Origin: Heteronotia binoei
Taxonomy: Eukaryota
Assembly: GCF_032191835.1 (NCBI RefSeq)
Contig: NC_083235.1
Coordinates: forward strand, 17,918,001 to 17,982,000
DNA: 64,000 nucleotides
Reading direction: 5' to 3'
Made by a program: the position numbers and the translations under genes. This document shows positions 56,546-64,000 of this stretch, piece after piece (the stretch's first letter is position 1; every line of letters starts with the position of its first letter). Under the pieces are notes generated by a model. It was not told the origin of the DNA, ran no database searches, and saw only the letters and a program-made list of their open reading frames with translations.

Positions 56546-56859
56546 CAGATCCCACAGATCCTGGGTTGACTTCTCTTGCGGTTCAGTTTAAACCAAGCTG
56601 CAGAAGGAGCCAGCACAAAGTGATACTGATCTGCGCCTGCTGCTGTTTTTGGATCTACCAATAATTCCTGAATATATCCAGGATTTTCTTGGGAATCCCC
56701 CCACTGCAGTTTCCCGAAGAAAACCCGGATCTACTGTTCACATGAAATGGTTTATAAGTTGAGAATTTTGGTCAGAACCTAGGGGCAGTTTTGGACCAGA
56801 TTCAGCCAGTGTTAACTTAGCACCCTAGCCACCCCAGTATAACGAAGATTCCAAAGAGT

Positions 56860-57280
56860 ATTCCAAAGAAGAGCAAAACTTTCATGATGAATGGGAAATG
56901 GACTTCTTCTTCATCATGGTGAAAGACAAGTGTTGTTGTCTACTTTGTAACGCCACTGTATCCTTGCCCAAAAAGGGCAATCTGGAGTGTCATTATAAGG
57001 CTCTGCATAGACTCCAGTGTTAAAGAAGAACTACCGGTCTGGAAGTATTCAGCTCTTTCCATTCTTTTGTGACATAATGTAATCTTCCATTGCATAAACT
57101 TGTTTCCATCACTATGGATGGAGCAAGAGCAATGACAGGTGAGGTTAATGGTTTCATAGGCCTCTCTAGCCAGCATGATGATTTTCCAGATTTCCTTTCT
57201 TACCACTGCATCATTCACCAGCAAGTTTTGGCGAGCAAGAGACTCAATACAAAGACTGTCATGGACATAACTGTCAGGTT
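56860..57280 (+). mobile_element. hAT (Charlie/SPIN-like) transposase remnant, internally deleted
   Basis: FHDEWEMDFFF...CLLCNATVSLPKKGNLECHY (BED-like), ITMDGARAMTG, YHCIIHQQVL. Confidence 0.8.
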
Positions 57281-57683
57281 CCTCCCAAGAGAATGTTATC
57301 ACTCATTTCTCAAGTTCTTATTTAGAAAGCTGATTTGTTTTCCTTTGAAACGGAGTATCAGGTGCAAGAATGTAGCTTTAACTTGTAGCCAACAATTAAG
57401 CAAAAGATGTTTAGTTTTAGTTATGATTCCATAACTAAAACAAGTTATGACTTGTAGCCAACCATTAAGCAAAAGATGTTTAGTTTTAGTTATGAGGTCT
57501 GAGAGGAGGTCTGAGAGGAGCAGAGCAGCTCTGATAGCTGAGACAGCTGGAGAAATTGCTGAGAATTTTTGAGTTTTGAAGGACTTTATTCTGAGGTTTG
57601 TGGGGCTGCCTAAAATTCTGAGTTGTGATAGCTGGGGAACTGCTCTTTGTTTGCTTGACTGGGCTAAGGGTGAAAGAGATTGA

Positions 57684-57969
57684 GGGCGTTTTCGCACTCA
57701 CCTTCAGCCGGCGTGACCCCCCTCTTCACCGCGCAGGATCCGCGCGGATTTCGCACTAAACGCCGCGGAGCAGCCTTTTGTGCCGGAAACTCCCGGCGCA
57801 AAAGCCGCTCAAACGGAAACTGCTTTTTGGCAGTTTCTGTTTGAGTGGCTTTTGCGCCGGGAGTTTCCGGCGCAAAAGGCTGCTCTGCGGCGTTTAGTGC
57901 GAAATCCGCACAGATCCTGCGCGGTGAAGAGGGGGGTCGCGCCGGCTGAAGGTGAGTGCGAAAACGCCC
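57684..57969. mobile_element. PIF/Harbinger-type MITE, near-perfect 286-bp palindrome, in the CR1 5' UTR
   Basis: TIR GGGCGTTTTCGCAC, 3-bp TSD TGA. Confidence 0.85.
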
Positions 57970-58210
57970 TGAGAGTGATTGCTGCTAATTGCTGAGGAGG
58001 GCCTCTGCTCCACCCTCTTTGCATTTTAAGCTGCGCCTTGCCAAAGGGCTCTTGGCCTGTGGCTCTTCGCCTAGGGGCTCTCTAAGGACCAGGAACCCAG
58101 ATCCCTGATTTCCTTGTTCTCTCAATAAGGTAAGTTCCCAATAAGGTAAGTTAAGGTAAGGTAAGTTGACCCTACAGAAGGGGAGCCACTTAAACAAACA
58201 GCATATATTT

Positions 58211-59712
58211 ATGATAGAATGCCAGCAGGGGGTTGGGGGCTTTCCAGTGTTTTGCACTGAGTGTCACATGTATGACTATCTGCCCAAAGGACAGAAGTCT
58301 TGGGTGTGTGCTCGATTCAAGGAGCTCCTGGTCCTCAGGGAACGAGTTCGTACCCTTGAGGCCGAGGTGACTGCCCTGGAGAAGCAGAGACGGTCAGTTA
58401 GGCACTTGGGGAAGACTCTCGGGGGCGTATTAGATGAGCCCCGCTCTGAACGTAGTAGCCCCGTTGCTGCCAGAGAGCGTGAGGGTCGAGAGGGAACAGG
58501 GCACCGTGCTGAGGATAAGGGGAATGGCCCTCTGAAGGGACCTCTTCTTCGGTTGGTGAGCGGGAATCCTTTCGCGCCAAGGAACCATCCCTGAGCAGGG
58601 GGAGAGGGGGGATTTTGGTAGTTGGTGATTCGATCCTTAGGCAAGTAGACAGCTGGGTGGCGAAACCGCGTACTGACCGTATGGTGACTTGCCTGCCTGG
58701 TGCGAAGGTAGCGGACATTACGCGTGTAGTAGATAGGCTGATAGACAGTGCTGGGGAGGAGCCTGTGGTTGTGGTGCATGTTGGCACCAACGATGTAGGG
58801 AAATGCAGTTGTGAGGTCCTGGAGGAAAAAATTTAGGCTGCTAGGCGGGAGACTTAAGGCCAAGGCCTCCAAGGTAGCCTTCTCAGAAGTGCTACCTGTT
58901 CCATGTGCAGGGCAGGAGAGACAGGCACAAATTAGAAGTCTCAATGTGTGGATGAGATGATGGTGTAAGGAGGAAGGGTTTAAGTTTGTTAGGCACTGGG
59001 TGTCACGGCTGGGGCCGGGTCAGGCAAAGTCCAGAGGCAGTCCGAGGTCTGTAGCCAGTAAGCAGGAGGGTCCGAGGCGCCAAATCCGAATCACTGTAGA
59101 AGTATCGCAGGTCTGAGGTCCAGAAGCCGAGGTCAGGGAGTCCAGAAGTCCAAAGCCAAAGTCAGGGAGTCAGGAACCAAAGTCAAGCCGGAGTGGATGC
59201 TAGAATGTCAGGGAGATGACTAGTTGCTTCCACAAAGCTTCCTCCCAAAGCCCACAGCTATATAGCCCTCTGCTGGCTGTTGCCCGTTTGGGCTAATTGC
59301 TGGCTCAGGGAGGCAGCCAGGATCCTGTTACCACTCAAGCATCCTTGCTCTTAGAAGGGCCAGAATCCTCTCAGAACTCAGGGCTCAGGGAGCGTCTTGC
59401 TTGTGAGCGTGCCGCCCTCCTCCGATCCCTGAGGTCCTGCCGGAGGCGGTCACGCACACGAGCCACCCGAGAGGGCGAGGCAGGGGGGCTGGGATCTTCT
59501 CCAGCAGGAGGCAGGGGCACTGGTGCAGGTGGCAGGGGCACAGTTTCCTCATCAGACTCAACTTCCTCTGAAGGGTCCCCAGCACCCATGACACTGGGAT
59601 GCTTTCTGGAACAAGCGGGAGCTGTACAAAAGAGACGGTCTCCACTTGTCCCCGGATGGAACCAGGCTGCTGGCGCTTAAAATTAAAAAGGTGGCAGAGC
59701 AGTTTTTAAACT
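58211..59712 (+). pseudogene. CR1 ORF1 (esterase type), disrupted by frameshift, stops and a solo LTR
   Basis: CTECHMY...CAR.KEL, VVGDSILR, VHVGTNDV, FVRHW|DAFWNKRELYKRDGLHL across the LTR. Confidence 0.8.
59001..59593 (-). mobile_element. solo LTR (593 bp)
   Basis: TGTCACGG...CCATGACA termini, 5-bp TSD CTGGG (58996-59000 / 59594-59598), TATA-like motif near 59260. Orientation is inferred. Confidence 0.9.
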
Positions 59713-59743
59713 AAATCTTGGGGGAAAGCTGACAGGAGATGAA

Positions 59744-62706
59744 ATGTCTCTGGTTCGGGAGGACTCGTCTCAAAGAGATGAAGGGTTGGCTGCTATTTTT
59801 CTACCAGGTAACGGACCAGAGTTGTCCACTGTGAAGGAGACAAACAGTATGGACTGTCTGCCAGAGTCTCGTGGCGGCAGGAGGAAGGTGGCGGGCCTAG
59901 CTTGCCTGGGAAATTATAGATGTTTGTATGCAAATGCTAGAAGTGTTAGAAGTAAAACTGGTGAATTGGAATGTTTAGTGTTGAGAGAAAACATAGACAT
60001 TGTGAGAATTTCAGAAACTTGGTGGAATGAGGAGAATCAGTGGGACACGGTGATTCCTGGATATAAGCTATATCGGAAGGATAGGGAGGGAAGGGTTGGA
60101 GGTGGGGTGGCTCTGTATGTCAGAGAGGATATATGGTCCAGTAAGACTGAGGTCAGAGAATTAGATTCACTTTTAGAAATGCTTTGGGTTGAAATAGAGG
60201 GCCCAAAAGGAAATTTAACTATGGGAGTTTGTTATCGCCCACCAAATCAAAAGAGAGAGGTCGATTATAATATGATGGAAGGCTTAAAGATAGCTGCTAA
60301 ATGTAAAAACTGTGTCGTAATAGGTGATTTTAACTACCCACAGATTGATTGGGTCAATATGTGTTCTGGTCGAAAGAAAGAGATTGAGTTTCTTGATGCT
60401 CTCAATGACTGTGCTATGGAGCTGATGGTCTCAGAACCTACCAGGGGTGGGGCGATCCTGAATTTGGTGCTAAGTAATGCCCAAGACTTGGTGAGAGATG
60501 TAAAAGTGATTGCGCCACTTGGGAGCAGTGACCATAATGTTATTGATTTCACCGTTTGTATAAATAGGGAGTTGCCCCAAAAGACCGCCACAACCACGTT
60601 TAACTTTAAAAGGGGTAAATACACTGAGATGAGGAGGCATGTGAGGAGGAAACTGAAAGGAAAGGTACATACGGTCAAAACCCTTGGGGAAGCTTGGACA
60701 CTATTTAAAACTATAATCCTAGAAGCTCAGATAAAATACATACCACAAGTTAGGAAAGGCACAAACAGGCATAAGAAAAGGCTTGCATGGTTAACAAACA
60801 AAGTAATGGAAGCTGTAAAAGGTAAGAAGGACTCCTTTAAGCGGTGGAAAACCAGTCCAAGTGAGATTAGTAAAAGGGAACACAGGCTGTGGCAAATCAA
60901 ATGCAAGACTGTGATCAGGCAGGCAAAAAGGGACTATAAGGAGCATATTGCAAAAAACAAAGACCAACAATAAAAATTTCTTCAAAAATATTAGAAGTAG
61001 GAAACCAGCCAGGGAGGCAGTGGGGCCCTTGGATGACCATGGGGTAAAAGGATTACTGAAGGAGGATAGGGAAATGGCTGAGAAGCTAAATGAATTTTTT
61101 GCCTCCGTCTTCACTGTGGAAGATGAGAACTTTTTGCCCGCCCCAGAACCACTAATTTTGGAAGGGGTGTTGAAAGACCTGAGTCAGATTGAGGTGACAA
61201 AAGAGGAGGTCCTACAACTGATAGACAAATTAAAAACTAATAAGTCACCGGGTCCGGATGGCATACATCCTAGAGTTCTGAAAGAACTCAAAGTTGAACT
61301 TGTGGATCTTCTAACAAAAATCTGTAATCTTTCATTGAAATCTGCCTCCGTTCCTGAGGACTGGAAGGTAGCAAATGTCACCCCCATCTTTAAAAAAGGT
61401 TCCAGAGGAGATCCGGGAAATTACAGGCCAGTCAGTCTGACTTCAATACCGGGAAAGTTGGTAGAAACCATTATCAAGGACAGAATAAGTAGGCACATTG
61501 ATGAACACGGGTTATTGAGGAAGACTCAGCATGGGTTCTGCAAGGGAAGATCTTGCCTCACTAACCTGTTACATTTCTTTGAGGGGGTGAACAAACATGT
61601 GGACAAAGGAGACCCGATAGATGTTGTTTACCTTGACTTTCAGAAAGCTTTTGATAAAGTTCCTCATCAAAGGCTCCTTAGAAAGTTTGAGAGTCATGGA
61701 GTAAAAGGACAGGTCCTCCTTGTGGATCAAAAACTGGCTGAGTAATAGGAAGCAGAGAGTGAGTATAAATGGGCAGTCTTCGCAGTGGAGGACGGTAAGC
61801 AGTGGGGTGCCGCAGGGCTCGGTACTGGGTCCCATGCTCTTTAACTTGTTCATAAATGATTTAGAGTTGGGAGTGAGCAGTGAAGTGGCCAAGTTTGCGG
61901 ATGACACTAAATTGTTCAGGGTGGTGAGAACCAGAGAGGATTGTGAGGAACTCCAAAGGGATCTGTTGAGGCTGGGTGAATGGGCGTCAACGTGGCAGAT
62001 GCGGTTCAATGTGGCCAAGTGCAAAGTAATGCACATTGGGGCCAAGAATCCCAGCTACAAATACAAGTTGATGGGGTGTGAACTGGCAGAGACTGACCAA
62101 GAGAGAGATCTTGGGGTCATGGTAGATAACTCACTGAAAATGTCAAGACAGTGTGCGTTTGCAATAAGAAAGGCCAACGCCATGCTGGGAATTATTAGGA
62201 AGGGACTTGAAAACAAATCAGCCAGTATCATAATGCCCCTGTATAAATCGATGGTGCAGTCTCATTTGGAGTACTGTGTGCAGTTCTGGTCGCCGCACCT
62301 CAAAAAGGATATTATAGCATTGGAGAAAGTCCAGAAAAGGGCAACTAGAATGATTAAAGGGCTTGAGCACTTACCCTATGAAGAAAGGTTGAAACGCTTG
62401 GGACTCTTTAGCTTGGAGAAACGTCGACTGCGGGGTGACATGATAGAGGTTTACAAGATAATGCATGGGATGGAGAAAGTAGAGAAAGAGGTACTTTTCT
62501 CTTTTGCACAATACAAGAACTCGTGGGCATTCGATGAAATTGCTGAGCAGACAGTTAAAACGGATAAAAGGAAGTACTTCTTCACCCAAAGGGTGATTAA
62601 CATGTGGAATTCACTGCCACAGGAGGTGGTGGCGGCCACAAGTATAGCCACCTTCAAGAGGGGTTTAGATAAAAATATGGAGCACAGGTCCATCAGTGGC
62701 TATTAG
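59744..62706 (+). pseudogene. CR1 ORF2 (APE + RT), at least 2 frameshifts (about 60960 and 61720)
   Basis: [68 protein letters not shown]. Confidence 0.92.
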
Positions 62707-62995
62707 CCACGGTGTGTGTGTATATATAAAATTTTTTGCCACTGTGTGACACAGAGTGTTGGACTGGATGCGCCGTTGGCCTGATCCAACATGGCTTCCC
62801 TTATGTTCTTATGATTCCAGCTGGCTTCTCTGTGTATGCTCATAGACCAGAGGATTGAAGTCTACTATTTCTGTAAGTTTGATGCTTTATTAAAATCTCC
62901 TTGAAAGTAAACCTGGATCTTGCATATTATTTTCTTGGGATATCCACAATCTTTAGAGCTTCTGGCCAAGGCTCCAAAGAAAGAAATTTCCTCTT

Positions 62996-62996
<1 letters not shown>

Positions 62997-63020
<24 letters not shown>
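62997..63020. repeat. (GT)n microsatellite
   Basis: About 12 GT units. Confidence 0.9.
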
Positions 63021-63026
<6 letters not shown>

Positions 63027-63264
63027 GTTTGTTTGGAAATTGCTATGCCTGGGATCCTGCCTGAGGTGGCAAACAAAAATAAACTACAGTTAAAACAAGT
63101 AATTAACTTGTTACTACTCAGCATTCAAATCACAACCAGAGCATAAAATATCAAACATGGAGCTTCTTAAAATAACAAAAGAAGCCCCCAAGGTCAGTGG
63201 TAGATAACAGAATTAGATGTCTTCAATTATTAACCTGTCCTTACCCAAATGCTCACCAAAATAG

Positions 63265-63735
63265 GAACAAAGAAACATACAACTGGGAGGGGTCCCAAGG
63301 GTCATATAGTCCAACCCCTTGCACAATGCAGGGAATTCACTACTACTTCCCTTTCTAATTCTCCAGTGACCCTTGCTCTATGTCCAGAGGAAGGCAAAAA
63401 ACCCCCAAAACCCTCCAGGATTCCTGAGCCAATTCAAATAGTCCCTTTCCTGACTACAAAGTGATGATTGGCATTACCCTGGGCATCTAAGAAAGGGCCA
63501 CGAGAGCCAAGAATTTGCTTTTCCCTTCTTATCCTCCTCTTATTATCTGTCTAAATTCATACTCATAGAATAAGCATTGCTTTCAGATGGCCATCCAGCC
63601 TCTGCTTGAAAACCTCCAAAGATGGAAAGCCCACCACCTCCCAAGGAAGCTTATTCCACTGAGAAACCATATCAGGTTCTTCCTAATGTTTGGCCAAAAA
63701 CTTCTGAAATGTAATTTCAATTTGTTGATTCTGAT
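63265..63735 (-). mobile_element. old CR1 3' fragment
   Basis: Reverse complement of the CR1 3' UTR (GGGTCATATAGTCCAACCCCTTGCACAATGCAGGGAATTCAC) and RT end. Confidence 0.6.
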
Positions 63736-64000
63736 CCAGCCTTCTGGAGAACACTGTGATTATTTATGTATTGCTGAAGCAGAAATGCACTTTCCCACCT
63801 TACTCTTCTTCATTAATTGGTCTCCATGGGACTTCCCAAAGACCATGTGATCCTCAAGGATGAGATCAGGAACTTTGACATACAGATACAATATAAGTGC
63901 TAGAGTACAATCATGACTGGTTTTGCTGGAATCCTTGACTGTTGACAAGTGAAATGGTCATTTCTTCTTTCACAGATTCTGTAAGAACTGCCAAGACATT

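Larger units (their letters stand above)
57496..62808 (+). mobile_element. near full-length CR1 LINE, inactivated
   Basis: 5' UTR, ORF1 (Zn finger, coiled coil, SGNH esterase), ORF2 (APE and RT) with frameshifts, 3' end TTATGTTCTTATG. Probable TSD TTATGATTCCA (57421-57431 / 62809-62819). Confidence 0.9.

Noticed and set aside
1-64000. CRISPR arrays, rRNA, prokaryotic operons or defence systems
   Set aside because: The sequence is vertebrate. All periodicities are explained by microsatellites, MITEs or segmental duplication.

Overview
This is vertebrate (squamate, probably gekkotan lizard) genomic DNA, inferred from its SINE/LINE content, with one assembly gap (610-745). It holds a tandem cluster of class II olfactory receptor (OR) genes on the minus strand: four intact 310-aa ORs (6686-7618, 16555-17487, 36723-37655, 46582-47514), two split relic OR 3' ends, and repeated non-coding modules that look like promoter plus 5' non-coding exons. 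The rest is mostly transposons. These include two Ngaro-type tyrosine-recombinase retroelements with an SGNH hydrolase ORF, a full-length intact RTE LINE with a 9-bp TSD, and a near full-length CR1 carrying a solo LTR and a Harbinger-type MITE. There are also L2, L1, Penelope-like and chromodomain-Gypsy fragments, a hAT transposase remnant, many hAT MITEs with 8-bp TSDs, and Squam1/2/3-type SINEs. The most notable observations are a candidate HDV-like ribozyme at the RTE 5' end, a hammerhead motif in a Penelope-like element, a conserved splice acceptor in front of both Ngaro hydrolase ORFs, and a sharply bounded divergent ECL2/TM5 patch between two otherwise near-identical ORs. An unidentified coding-like repeat at 29.2-31.1 kb is also present. 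No database search or folding was run; family names rest on recognised motifs.
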